Shown: positions 43,765-54,959, numbered from the stretch's first letter. The stretch is 57,672 nucleotides of DNA from Anaeromyxobacteraceae bacterium (GCA_035538735.1 DATLJU010000266.1:1-57672); one strand, 5' to 3'. Program-made: numbers and translations. The notes: generated by a model from the sequence alone, not told the origin.

Positions 43765-44577
43765 CTACGCCAGGTCCCGGTAGGGCGGGGGCTTGTCCCC
43801 CGCCGCGGAGGCCACGGCGGCGGCCGGCATGGCGCCCGCCGGCGAGACGAGCTTCCCGTAGATCTCCTCCAGGAAGGCGATGTCGTCGAGCGTCACCTTG
43901 CGGCCGGGGAGGTGCTTCGCGATGAGGCCGTCGAGGGTGTCGAAGTCGACCAGCCGCCCGCCGTTCAGGACGAGCACCTTCTGACAGGTCATCGCCACCT
44001 CGGGCAGGATGTGGGTGGAGAGGATGACGGTGTGCCGGCTGGCGAGACCCTTCACCAGCTCGCGCACCTCGCGGATCTGGAGCGGGTCGAGGCCGACGGT
44101 GGGCTCGTCGAGGATGAGGACCTCGGGGTCGCCGAGCAGCGCCTGCGCGAGCCCGACGCGCTGCCGGTAGCCCTTCGACAGGTTCCCCACCACGCGGTCG
44201 AGCACGTCCTCGATGCCGGCGAGGTGCGCCACGCGCTCGATCTCGGCGCGGACGCCGCCCCGCGGCAGCTTCTTGAGCCCGGCGACGAGCTCGAGGCAGG
44301 CGCGCGGCGTGAGGTCGACGTAGACGGGCGGGTTCTCGGGGAGGTACCCGATGCGCCGCTTCACCTCGAGCGGGTGCTCGAACACGTCGAAGCCGGCCAC
44401 GGTGGCGGTGCCGCTCGTGGCAGGCAGGAAGCCGGTGAGGATGCGGAGCGTGGTGGACTTCCCGGCGCCGTTCGGGCCGAGGAAGCCGATCACCTCACCC
44501 TTCCGGACGGTGAAGGAGAGGTCGTCCACCGCCACCCGCTCGCGGAACCGCTTCGTGAGATGCGAGACCTCGATCAT
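43765..44577 (-). CDS. ABC transporter ATP-binding protein, GldA-like
   Basis: GPNGAGKST, LSKGYRQR, ILDEPTVGLDP. Confidence 0.93.
   Translation of the reverse strand: MIEVSHLTKRFRERVAVDDLSFTVRKGEVIGFLGPNGAGKSTTLRILTGFLPATSGTATVAGFDVFEHPLEVKRRIGYLPENPPVYVDLTPRACLELVAGLKKLPRGGVRAEIERVAHLAGIEDVLDRVVGNLSKGYRQRVGLAQALLGDPEVLILDEPTVGLDPLQIREVRELVKGLASRHTVILSTHILPEVAMTCQKVLVLNGGRLVDFDTLDGLIAKHLPGRKVTLDDIAFLEEIYGKLVSPAGAMPAAAVASAAGDKPPPYRDLA
43780..43806 (+). repeat. GTAG-type REP inside the 3' end of the ABC ATPase gene
   Basis: GTAGGGCGGGGGCTTGTCCCCCGCCGC. Confidence 0.75.
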
Positions 44578-44587
44578 CGCGTGATCC

Positions 44588-45475
44588 CTAGCCCTTCCAG
44601 AACCCGGCGCTGCCCGAGCCGGCGCGGTCCTTCCGGAGGTCGTGGCCCGGGTCGAGCTTCACGAAGACGCACATCTCGTTGAGCCGCGAGTAGATGCGGT
44701 CGCCGACCCGCTGCGCCAGCGTCATGCTCTCCGCGTCACGCTGGAACTGCGGCGATCGCGTCGTCACGATTCGACCCGGCGTCTCCGTCACGGGCCGCTC
44801 GTCGAGGAAGTAGTTGGTCGCGAACAGCGTCGTCAGGCCGGCGTTGAACCGACGGCTGATGAGCTCGTCGAGCATCGACCGCTCCCAGTCCGTGCCGCGC
44901 TCCTTGCCCAGCTCGTCGATGGCGAGCACCGGGACCTGGAGCAGCGGCCGCAGCACCTCCATGTGGCTGCGGTTGGCGTCGAACCCCGACTTCATGTCCG
45001 ACAGCAGCAGCATGAACTCGACGTAGCGGCTCCCCACGCCCTTCTCCAGCGCCAGCCAGCGCAGGGCCGCGCAGAGGAGGTGCGTCTTGCCGGCGCCGGG
45101 CCGGCCGTAGAGCAGGAACCCCTTCGTCGGCTGATCCGAGCGGAACTTCCGCGCGAAGTCCTCCGCGGCGGCCTTGGCGGCGGCGTGGTCGGGCGACCAG
45201 GCGCGGAAGCCGTCGAAGGACGCCAGCGCCACGGCGGCCGGGATGCCGATCTTGTTGAAGAGCGCGATGCGCTCGTCGAGCCGCCGGCAGGCGCAGGGCT
45301 GCGCCACCGCCGAGGTGCCGTTCTGGACGAGCACGTAGCCGCTCTCGCCGCAGCGCGGGCAGGCGGCCTGGCAGTCGCAGCGGCGCGCGCGGGCGTTGTG
45401 CCCGAGCACCTGCTGGACGAGATAGCCCGCTCCGCCGCATGCGCGACAGGGACCGCTCTGCGCTGGGTCGGCCAT
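44588..45475 (-). CDS. DnaC/DnaI/IstB-like AAA+ ATPase with N-terminal Zn motifs
   Basis: CxxC..CxC..CxxC..CxC; GRPGAGKTHL; IDELG; ATNY; RIYSRLNEMC. Confidence 0.85.
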   Translation of the reverse strand: MADPAQSGPCRACGGAGYLVQQVLGHNARARRCDCQAACPRCGESGYVLVQNGTSAVAQPCACRRLDERIALFNKIGIPAAVALASFDGFRAWSPDHAAAKAAAEDFARKFRSDQPTKGFLLYGRPGAGKTHLLCAALRWLALEKGVGSRYVEFMLLLSDMKSGFDANRSHMEVLRPLLQVPVLAIDELGKERGTDWERSMLDELISRRFNAGLTTLFATNYFLDERPVTETPGRIVTTRSPQFQRDAESMTLAQRVGDRIYSRLNEMCVFVKLDPGHDLRKDRAGSGSAGFWKG

Positions 45476-45487
45476 GGGGCAGGGAAT

Positions 45488-46150
45488 CTACACCGAAGCC
45501 GCCAGCCGGAGGAGGCCGGCCCCCCGCCCCGCGTCGACGAGGTGGGCCCGCAGCGCCTGGCGATAGGCGGCGACGCGCGTCCAGGGCGGCCGGTCGCCGG
45601 CGAGGAGGCGACAGCGCGGCCCGAGCGCGGCCCGGGCCGGCCGGGGGAGGGCGGCGAGCCACCCGCGCAGGAGCGCCGCGTCCGCGCCGTCGAGCGCCGC
45701 ATCCACCTCCGCGAGCGTGGCGCCCCGGCACGCGTCGAGCGCGCGGCGGGCCGCCCCGTGCCCGGCCGCGGCGGGGCCCCGGGCCGCCGCGGTCTCGAGC
45801 AGCGATCGGGCCGCCCGCAGCCGCGCGGCCGCGGCGCTCGCCTCGTCCGGCGGCGGCGGCGCATCGCCCACCCGCCCGCCGCGGTAGGCGCGCCACGCGT
45901 CCTCCACCGAGCGCCGGTAGGCGCGCAGCGCGCGCGGAGGCGGGGTGCCCTCCGGGCGATCGCGCAGCGCCGCCCCGAGCCCGTCCTTGAGCCCGCGGCA
46001 CACGACCGCGACCGGCAGCCCGCGCCGCTCCCAGGCGCGCACCTGGTCGAGGTCGAGCGGCGACAGCATGAGCCCGCCGCCGCGCAGCCCGAGGAAGTAC
46101 TCGGCCACGACGACCTCGTAGGTGAGCTGCGTGCTCGGGAGATCCGACAC
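45488..46150 (-). CDS. Hypothetical protein with a DnaD/DnaB_2-like N-terminal motif
   Basis: LSPLDLDQVRAWERRGLPVAVVCRGL resembles DnaD-domain LSP.D...I..W. Confidence 0.55.
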   Translation of the reverse strand: MSDLPSTQLTYEVVVAEYFLGLRGGGLMLSPLDLDQVRAWERRGLPVAVVCRGLKDGLGAALRDRPEGTPPPRALRAYRRSVEDAWRAYRGGRVGDAPPPPDEASAAAARLRAARSLLETAAARGPAAAGHGAARRALDACRGATLAEVDAALDGADAALLRGWLAALPRPARAALGPRCRLLAGDRPPWTRVAAYRQALRAHLVDAGRGAGLLRLAASV

Positions 46151-46195
46151 GCCGGCATTCTCGCCCGAGCCCCTGACGCGAAACCCGCCTGACCT

Positions 46196-46222
46196 GCGGC
46201 GGGGGACAAGCCCCCGCCCTAC
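46196..46222 (-). repeat. GTAG-type REP
   Basis: Minus strand GTAGGGCGGGGGCTTGTCCCCCGCCGC. Confidence 0.75.
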
Positions 46223-46256
46223 GTCCGGGTGAGTCCCAGCACCATGGTCGTGCGCG

Positions 46257-47360
46257 TTACCCGCCGCGCAGCGCGGCGCCCACCTCGGCCGCTGTCTGGA
46301 ACCGCTGGCGCGGATCCTTCGCGAGCAGCCGGAGCGCGATGCGCGCCAGGCCCGGATCGACCCCGGGGTTGATCGAGGCGGGCGCCGCCGGCGGGCGGGA
46401 GATGATGTCGCTCCAGAGCTCGGCCGGGCGCCGCGAGAGGAAGGGCGGCCGGCCGCAGAGCAGCTCGAAGAGGATGACCCCCAGGCTGTAGAGGTCGGCG
46501 CGGTGGTCCACCACCTCGCCGCGCGCCTGCTCCGGCGCCATGTAGCGGTAGGTGCCGACCACCCGCCCGTGCTGGGTGAGCTGGGCGGTGTCGGTATCGA
46601 GCTTCACGAGGCCGAAGTCCATGAGCCGGACCCGCCGGGCGTCGTCCACCATGATGTTGGAAGGCTTCAGGTCGCGGTGCACGATGCCATGGGCGTGCAC
46701 GTGCGCGAGGCCGTCGCAGACCTGCCCCGCCGCGTCGATCAGCCGGGCACGCCGCGGCGAGCCGTTGAGGCCGTCGAGGACCTCGGGGGCGAGCTGTGTC
46801 ACCTCGGCGGCGCGGACTTTCTCCGGCGACACCTCGGGCCCGCGTTCCTGCCCCCGGCTCCCCCCCGTCTCCGGCTCCTCCATCATGGCGGCGAAGTCGC
46901 GGATGGCCTCGGGGCCCTGGGCCGGCGGCGCCAGGTCGAAGGCAGGGGTGAGCAGGCTCTCGGTCTCGGGCTCGTCCGACCAGACGTCGAGCTCGGGATG
47001 CGGGGCGCCGCCCACCTCTCCCGGGTTGTAGGGCGACGCGTCGAGGGCCGGGGAGAGATAGCTCCGGAGGTCGAGCCCCTCGACGAGCTCCATGGCGAGG
47101 TAGGAGTACCCCTCCTGCACGCCCGCGTCGTACACGCGCACGACGTTCGGGTGATCGAGCCCCCGCAACGCCTCGAACTCGCGCGCGAGCCGGCGCGCGG
47201 CCATGGGATCGCAGGCCGGGGGAGGTCCGAGCAGCTTTACCGCCACCGCCTCCCCGGTCGTGCGGTGTCGGGCGCGGTAGACGGTCCCGATCCCCCCCCG
47301 GCCGATGACCGAGAGGACCTCGTAGGGGCCGACCGCGCGAGGGGGCATCCAGTCGAGCAT
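46257..47360 (-). CDS. Cytoplasmic Ser/Thr protein kinase with large acidic insert
   Basis: GRGGIGTVY, VAVKLL, HRDLKPSN, DFG, GTYRYMAPE; start at 47360 or 47348. Confidence 0.9.
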   Translation of the reverse strand: MLDWMPPRAVGPYEVLSVIGRGGIGTVYRARHRTTGEAVAVKLLGPPPACDPMAARRLAREFEALRGLDHPNVVRVYDAGVQEGYSYLAMELVEGLDLRSYLSPALDASPYNPGEVGGAPHPELDVWSDEPETESLLTPAFDLAPPAQGPEAIRDFAAMMEEPETGGSRGQERGPEVSPEKVRAAEVTQLAPEVLDGLNGSPRRARLIDAAGQVCDGLAHVHAHGIVHRDLKPSNIMVDDARRVRLMDFGLVKLDTDTAQLTQHGRVVGTYRYMAPEQARGEVVDHRADLYSLGVILFELLCGRPPFLSRRPAELWSDIISRPPAAPASINPGVDPGLARIALRLLAKDPRQRFQTAAEVGAALRGG

Positions 47361-47460
47361 ACGGGGGTGAATCTGGCGCGGCAACGGGGCCTTCGGGCGC
47401 GGTATCGCGCCCTCGCGCGCGTCCCTCGCCACCACCCTGCCGGCGTGCTATGAGCCGCGC

Positions 47461-48216
47461 GTGGCCGAAAGGACGCTCGCCGAGACCCTGCGGGAGAAGG
47501 TGCGCGCGCGCCCGCTGCCCCGGCATGTCGCGATCATCATGGACGGCAACGGCCGCTGGGCCGAGGCGCGTGGCCTGCCGCGGCTGGCCGGGCACCGCGA
47601 GGGGTCCGAGTCGGTCCGCGCGGTGACGCGCGAGGCGCGCCGGATCGCGCTCGAGGCGCTCACGCTCTACGCGTTCAGCGCGCAGAACTGGTCGCGGCCG
47701 CCGGACGAGGTGCAGGGGCTCATGGAGCTCCTCGCCGAGTACCTCGACTCGGAGCGGGCCGAGATCATGGACAACGACATCCGGCTCCACGCGATCGGCG
47801 AGCTGCACCGGCTGCCGGACTTCGTCAACGAGCGGCTGGAGCGGATGCAGCGCGAATCGCAGCGCAACCGCGGGATGACGCTCACGCTGGCGCTCTCCTA
47901 CGACGCCCGGGAGGACGTCGCCCAGGCCGCGCGGCGCGCCGCCGCCGAGGGCGCGCCCATCGATCAGGCCGCGATCGACGCGCGGCTCTGGACGGCCGGC
48001 TTGCCGGAGCTCGATCTGCTCGTCCGCACCAGCGGCGAGCGGCGCATCTCGAACTTCCTGCTCTGGCAGAGCGCGTATGCCGAGTTCGCCTTCCCCGAGG
48101 TGCTCTGGCCCGACTTCCGGGAGCTCGAGTTCCTGCAGGTCGTGAGCGACTTCCAGAGCCGCGAGCGCCGGTTCGGGCTCACCGGCGCGCAGGTGGCGGC
48201 GCGCGACCGCGCATGA
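47461..48216 (+). CDS. uppS: Undecaprenyl diphosphate synthase
   Basis: HVAIIMDGNGRWA, RTSGERRISNFLLWQ. Confidence 0.97.
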   Translation: MAERTLAETLREKVRARPLPRHVAIIMDGNGRWAEARGLPRLAGHREGSESVRAVTREARRIALEALTLYAFSAQNWSRPPDEVQGLMELLAEYLDSERAEIMDNDIRLHAIGELHRLPDFVNERLERMQRESQRNRGMTLTLALSYDAREDVAQAARRAAAEGAPIDQAAIDARLWTAGLPELDLLVRTSGERRISNFLLWQSAYAEFAFPEVLWPDFRELEFLQVVSDFQSRERRFGLTGAQVAARDRA

Positions 48217-49061
48217 ACGACAAGAACAAGAACCTCGCCGTGCGGGTGGTCTCGGCCATCCTCCTCTTTCCCGTCCTGGTCTGGATCACCTGGCTGGGCG
48301 GCCTGCCCTTCACGATCCTCCTCTCGCTCGCGGCGGCCGTCTCCGGCCTCGAGCTCACGAGCATGTTCACGGCCGTGCGCGTTCCGGAGACGTTCGGGGT
48401 CGCGGTGGCCGGCCTGCTGCCGTTCGTCCCGTGGTGGACGGTCCAGGACGCCTCGCGCACCTCGACCGTCGTCCCGCTCGCGCTCGCGGTCGCGGCGATG
48501 GCGCTGCTCGTCCTGAACCTGTTCCGCGCCGGCCCGCTCGAGGGCTCGCCGCAGCGGGTGGCCGCCTCCGCGCTGGCGTGGCTCTACTGCGGCGTCCTCA
48601 TCAGCTCGGTGGTCGGGCTGCGGCTCCGCTTCGGGTTCGTGTGGGTCATCCTCACGTTCGTCACGACGTGGCTGAACGACACGCTCGCGTACTTCGGCGG
48701 GCGCTTCTTCGGCAAGCACCCGCTCTACCCGCGCGTCAGCCCGAAGAAGACCTGGGAGGGTTTCGCCGGCGGGGTCCTGGGCAGCGTGCTCGGGGCGCTG
48801 CTCGTCAAGGTGGTCTTCCTCGGGCTCCCGCAGCCCGAGGGCGAGGCGTTCCGCCTCTCCTGGCTCGGATGCGTCGGGGTCGGGCTCGGCGCGTCCGTGC
48901 TCGGCCCGCTCGGCGACCTCTGCGAGTCGATGCTGAAGCGGTCGGCGGGGTTGAAGGACTCCGGGCGGCTCATCCCGGGGCACGGCGGCCTGCTCGATCG
49001 CATCGACGCCTTGCTCTTCGTGGCCCCCTGGGTCTACCTCTGGGCGACGCTCGCCAACTAG
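48213..49061 (+). CDS. cdsA: Phosphatidate cytidylyltransferase
   Basis: SPKKTWEG, KDSGRLIPGHGGLLDRID. Confidence 0.96.
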   Translation: MNDKNKNLAVRVVSAILLFPVLVWITWLGGLPFTILLSLAAAVSGLELTSMFTAVRVPETFGVAVAGLLPFVPWWTVQDASRTSTVVPLALAVAAMALLVLNLFRAGPLEGSPQRVAASALAWLYCGVLISSVVGLRLRFGFVWVILTFVTTWLNDTLAYFGGRFFGKHPLYPRVSPKKTWEGFAGGVLGSVLGALLVKVVFLGLPQPEGEAFRLSWLGCVGVGLGASVLGPLGDLCESMLKRSAGLKDSGRLIPGHGGLLDRIDALLFVAPWVYLWATLAN

Positions 49062-49096
49062 GCGCTCGCCAACTAAGAGCCTGTGAGGAGGTCCCC

Positions 49097-50248
49097 ATGA
49101 AGCGTCTCGCCATCCTCGGCTCGACCGGCTCCATCGGGGTCCAGGCCCTCGACGTCGTGACGCGCGCCGAGGGGCGGTTCGAGGTGGCGGCGCTGGCCGC
49201 GGGGAAGAACGCCGAGCGCCTGGTGGAGCAGGCCCGGCGCTTCCGGCCGCGTGCGGTGGCGCTGGCGGATCCGGCCGCGGCGCGCCGCGCCCGCGAGCTG
49301 CTGGGGCCGGGCGGGCCGGAGGTGCTGGAGGGCGCCGAGGGCGTCGCGGCCCTGGCGCGGCTCGGCGAGGTGGACGTGGTGCTGGCCGCCATCTCCGGGG
49401 GTGCGGGGCTCCTCTCGACCGCCGCCGCGATCGAGGCGGGCAAGACGGTCGGGCTCGCCAACAAGGAGTCGATGGTGCTGGCGGGCGAGCTGCTCGTGCG
49501 TCGCGCGGCCGAGAAGGGCGTCACCATCCTCCCCGTCGACTCCGAGCACAGCGCCATCTTCCAGTCGCTTTGCGGCCACGAGCGGGCGCACGTGCGGCGG
49601 CTCTTGCTCACCGCCTCGGGAGGCCCGCTCCGCACCGTCCCCGCCGCCGACCTCCCCAGGGTCACGCCGGCGCAGGCGCTCAAGCACCCCAACTGGTCGA
49701 TGGGCGACAAGATCACCATCGACTCGGCCACCTTGATGAACAAGGGGCTGGAGGTGATCGAGGCGCGCTGGCTCTTCGACATCGATCCCCGGCGGATCGA
49801 CATCGTGGTGCACCCCGAGTCGATCGTGCACTCCATGGTCGAGTACGTGGACGGCTCGGTGGTCGCTCAGCTCGGCGTCTCCGACATGCGCGGGCCCATC
49901 AGTTACGCGCTGGCGTACCCGGACCGGATCCGGCTCGACCTTCCGCCGCTCGACCTGTCGCGGCTCGGGCGGCTCAGCTTCGAGCAACCCGACCCGGCGC
50001 GCTTCCCCGCCTTCACGCTCGCCTATCGCGCCCTGGAGGAGGGTGGCACGGCGCCGGCCGTGCTCTCGGGCGCCGACGAGGCCGCGGTGGCCGCCTTCCT
50101 CGCCGGCCGGTGCGGCTTCACCCGCATCGCCGAGGTGTGCGAGGAGGTGCTGGACGCGCTCGTCGCCGAGCCGGTCCGCTCGGTCGAGCAGGCGCTCGCC
50201 GCCAGCGACTGGGGCCGAGCCCAGGCCGAGCGGCGTGTGGCGCGGTAG
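49097..50248 (+). CDS. dxr: 1-deoxy-D-xylulose 5-phosphate reductoisomerase
   Basis: ILGSTGSIG, LANKES, PVDSEH, HPNWSMG.KITIDSATLMNKGLE; ATG 49097. Confidence 0.97.
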   Translation: MKRLAILGSTGSIGVQALDVVTRAEGRFEVAALAAGKNAERLVEQARRFRPRAVALADPAAARRARELLGPGGPEVLEGAEGVAALARLGEVDVVLAAISGGAGLLSTAAAIEAGKTVGLANKESMVLAGELLVRRAAEKGVTILPVDSEHSAIFQSLCGHERAHVRRLLLTASGGPLRTVPAADLPRVTPAQALKHPNWSMGDKITIDSATLMNKGLEVIEARWLFDIDPRRIDIVVHPESIVHSMVEYVDGSVVAQLGVSDMRGPISYALAYPDRIRLDLPPLDLSRLGRLSFEQPDPARFPAFTLAYRALEEGGTAPAVLSGADEAAVAAFLAGRCGFTRIAEVCEEVLDALVAEPVRSVEQALAASDWGRAQAERRVAR

Positions 50249-50367
50249 GAGGCCCTGAAGAAATCTCCGCGCGACGCGGTTCAGCGTGCAGGACGCGCGG
50301 TCCGCGTGCATGATCAGGCGAGGGGTACCGCTCACCCGCTCGTCAGCGTCTCCATCCGGAACTCTGA

Positions 50368-52044
<1,677 letters not shown>

Positions 52045-52089
52045 TCAGCCGTGACCACGTTCGTCCTGAGCCCCAGACGAACGCACCCC

Positions 52090-52851
52090 ATGCTCATCGC
52101 CGCCCTCGACACCTCCACCCTCACGCTCTCCTGCGCGCTCTGCGAGCTCGGCGGGGACGAGGTGCGCCTCATCGCCGAGCGGACCGAGGACGCGCCCGCG
52201 AAGCCGGGCCCCCAGGGCCCGACCGGCGGCCACGGCGGCCGGTTGCCGGGCGTCCTCCAGGAGCTGCTCCTCGCGGCGGGGCGGAAGCTCCCCGATATCG
52301 AGGGGTACGCCATCGGGCTCGGCCCCGGCTCGTTCACGGGGCTGCGCATCGGGCTCGCCACGTGGAAGGGGCTCGCCTACGCCAACCGGCGGCCGATCGC
52401 GGGCGCGTCGAGCCTCGCCGCGCTGGCGCTCGCGGCGGCGCCCTCGGCCGACCCGAAGGCCGTGCTGGTGCCGATCCTCGACGCCAGGAAGGGCGAGGTC
52501 TACGCTGGGTTCTACCGCGCGTCGGGCCACGAGCTCCTGTCCCCCGAGGCGGCGCTCGCACCCGAAGCCCTCGCCGCCCGGGTGGCCGCCCTCGCCGTGG
52601 AGGGCGCGCGCGGCGTCGTGTTCGGGCAAGGCCGCGACGCGTATCGCGACGCGCTGGCCGCCTCGCCGCCGCTGGAGGGCGCTCCCCGGACGCCATCCGC
52701 GGTCGCGGTGGCGCGGCTCTGTGCGGCGAAGCTGGCCGGCGCCACCTACGACCCGGCGCACCTCTTCGCGCTCGAGCCCCACTACATCCGCAAGAGCGAG
52801 GCCGAGGTCAAGTTCCCTCACGGCCTCGGGCCGGGAGCGGATCGCCCGTAG
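52090..52851 (+). CDS. tsaB: tRNA threonylcarbamoyladenosine biosynthesis protein TsaB
   Basis: LDTST, GPGSFTGLRIG, DARKGEVY, LEPHYIR. Confidence 0.92.
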   Translation: MLIAALDTSTLTLSCALCELGGDEVRLIAERTEDAPAKPGPQGPTGGHGGRLPGVLQELLLAAGRKLPDIEGYAIGLGPGSFTGLRIGLATWKGLAYANRRPIAGASSLAALALAAAPSADPKAVLVPILDARKGEVYAGFYRASGHELLSPEAALAPEALAARVAALAVEGARGVVFGQGRDAYRDALAASPPLEGAPRTPSAVAVARLCAAKLAGATYDPAHLFALEPHYIRKSEAEVKFPHGLGPGADRP

Positions 52852-52859
52852 CCACCGCC

Positions 52860-54377
52860 ATGGAACCCGCGATCTTCCGTCCTCCGCTGCGCCGCCTCGG
52901 CGCTCACCTCCTGCTCGGCAGCCTCGCCGGCGCCGCCGTCGGTGTCGCCGCCGACGTCCCTCCGCTCCTCGCCATCCTGTTCGGCGCCGTCGCGGCCGCC
53001 ATCGCGGTGACCGCCCGCCACGCCGGCGCGCTGCGCGTGGTGGCCGACGAGCGCGGGGTGCGCGTCCTCGGCGCTCCCGCCCCGGTCGAGGCGAGCTGGA
53101 GCGAGGTCCGGCTCGGCTTCGGCCTGGTGCAGCGCGAGGACGGCGCCGTGCAGCGCTACGCCATCTTCGCGGATCCGCTCGGACGCAGCTTCGCGTTCGC
53201 CGAGCCGGTCGCGCGTGCCACCGCGCCCTGCGGCCCGATCCAGGGCGCCGACGGGCGCACCGTTCCCCTCGTGGAGCTCCAGGACGCGACGCTCTTCCTG
53301 GCGCTGCTCGTGCAGCGGGTGCCGGCATGGCGGGTCTTGCCCGAGTCGCTCCAGGCGTGGGCTCCTGCGCCCGAGCCGGCTGCCGCTCCGGTCGAGGTCG
53401 AGCGCGGCGTCGCGGACGGGGCCAAGGGCGCGCCCGCACGCCGCCCGCGGATGGGCGTCTGGGCGCTCGTGGCGAAGCTCGGCTCGAAGCTGACCGCGTC
53501 GCTCGGCAAGCTCGCGGCGGGTGGCCTCAAGGCCGTGAAGACCGCCAACGTGGGCTGGGCCGCGGCGTCGGTCGCGACCTACTCGCTCCTCTTCTCGTGG
53601 AAGTTCGCGCTCGCCCTCATGGTGCAGCTCTTCATCCACGAGTACGGGCACGTCCACGCCATGCGCCGGACCGGCATGCGCGTCCGCGGCATGTACTTCG
53701 TGCCGCTCCTGGGCGCGCTGGCGGTGACGGACGACGCCTTCACCTCCCGCCGGCAGCAGGTGGACGTCGCGCTCTCCGGGCCGCTGTGGGGCTCGGCGGC
53801 GGCGCTCGTGCCGGCCGGGCTCTGGCTGTGGACGCACGACCCGATGTGGGCCGCCATCGCCGCTTTCTGGGCGCTCGTGAACCTGTTCAACCTCCTGCCC
53901 ATCGCGCCCCTCGACGGCGGTCGGGCGCTGCAGGCGTTCGCGTTTTCGTACTCGTCCAGCCTGGGCGTCGCGCTCTCCGCGCTCGGACTGGTCGCGGCGG
54001 CCGCGCTCGCGAGCGCGGCCGGGTTCTCGCTCATCTGGCTCGTCGTCCTCCTCGGAGGGATGGAGCTCGCGGGCGAGGTGCGGTCGCGCGCCGGGGCGCG
54101 CGCGCTGCGGCTCCTCCCCGAGCCCGCTCGCTTCGGCGTGCCACACTGGCTGTATCTGCGGGGCGTCCTCGGCGGGGGCCCCGGCATGCCCGGTGACGCC
54201 ATCTTCGTGCGCGGCCTGGAGCGCCAGGAGAAGGCCGCCCGCGCCGCGCCGCTCTCCGCCGGGCAGCTCGTCCGGTGGGGCCTCACCTACGCGGCGCTCG
54301 CCACCGCCCTCGTGCTGCTCCTGTGGCTCATGCGCCACGTCCCGGGCGCGGAGGCGGCGAGCCGGATCCTGGAATAG
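52860..54377 (+). CDS. Site-2 protease family (M50) protein with extra N-terminal domain
   Basis: HEYGH, SGP, NLFNLLPIAPLDGG; ATG 52860. Confidence 0.85.
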   Translation: MEPAIFRPPLRRLGAHLLLGSLAGAAVGVAADVPPLLAILFGAVAAAIAVTARHAGALRVVADERGVRVLGAPAPVEASWSEVRLGFGLVQREDGAVQRYAIFADPLGRSFAFAEPVARATAPCGPIQGADGRTVPLVELQDATLFLALLVQRVPAWRVLPESLQAWAPAPEPAAAPVEVERGVADGAKGAPARRPRMGVWALVAKLGSKLTASLGKLAAGGLKAVKTANVGWAAASVATYSLLFSWKFALALMVQLFIHEYGHVHAMRRTGMRVRGMYFVPLLGALAVTDDAFTSRRQQVDVALSGPLWGSAAALVPAGLWLWTHDPMWAAIAAFWALVNLFNLLPIAPLDGGRALQAFAFSYSSSLGVALSALGLVAAAALASAAGFSLIWLVVLLGGMELAGEVRSRAGARALRLLPEPARFGVPHWLYLRGVLGGGPGMPGDAIFVRGLERQEKAARAAPLSAGQLVRWGLTYAALATALVLLLWLMRHVPGAEAASRILE

Positions 54378-54457
54378 TCACGCCGCGTCACAGCTCGGCA
54401 GGGGGTAGCCAGCACGGAGTCGTTGCGACCGAGGTTCCGGTCCGGCATCGTCAGGTC

Positions 54458-54820
54458 ATGACCACGCGCTTGGTGCTGCTGGCCGCCGCGCTCGTCGTAG
54501 GCTGTGCCCACCGGCCCGAGAACGATCAGCCGGCGCAGGGAGCGGTGAGCCTGCCGCTCCGCACCGGCGGCCCCTACCAGACCGGGGACTGGCAGCTCAA
54601 TCCCGGCGGGGTCCTCGGCGAGCGCAACCGCTGCATCGACCGCGAGCTCGCCGCCCGCAAGCTGAACGAATTCGGCGACGCGCAGGGCACGACCTACCCC
54701 GGCGGCTCGCCGCTGCTCGGCCTGACCGGCCGGGCCGCCGATCGCTACGAGTACGTGATGCGCCACCAGCCCGAGATCGGCACGACATGTAACAACGCGC
54801 CGGTCGAGCCGGTGCGGTGA
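54458..54820 (+). CDS. Hypothetical lipoprotein
   Basis: MTTRLVLLAAALVVGC lipobox; LNEFGDAQGTTYPGGSPL. Confidence 0.7.
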   Translation: MTTRLVLLAAALVVGCAHRPENDQPAQGAVSLPLRTGGPYQTGDWQLNPGGVLGERNRCIDRELAARKLNEFGDAQGTTYPGGSPLLGLTGRAADRYEYVMRHQPEIGTTCNNAPVEPVR

Positions 54821-54959
54821 AGCCCCGTTCGACTCGTGAGGCAACCGCTGGCTGGTTGTGACGTAGAGCACCCGTTCGGTCCCCGTGCAGTACTCCGACC
54901 AGGTGTTCGCATGTCACGGATGGTGTCATCGAGCGATAGGCGTGGCATGGTGCGGGCGC

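Noticed and set aside
44588-45475. IS21 IstB helper of an insertion sequence
   Set aside because: No IstA transposase or terminal inverted repeats nearby.
48431-49096. N-terminal extension of Dxr
   Set aside because: Off-frame read of cdsA; the canonical Dxr start is at 49097.
54943-54957. Sigma54 promoter TGGCATGGTGCGGGC
   Set aside because: GG-N10-GC spacing fits but the -12 context is poor and it is too close to the likely ATG.
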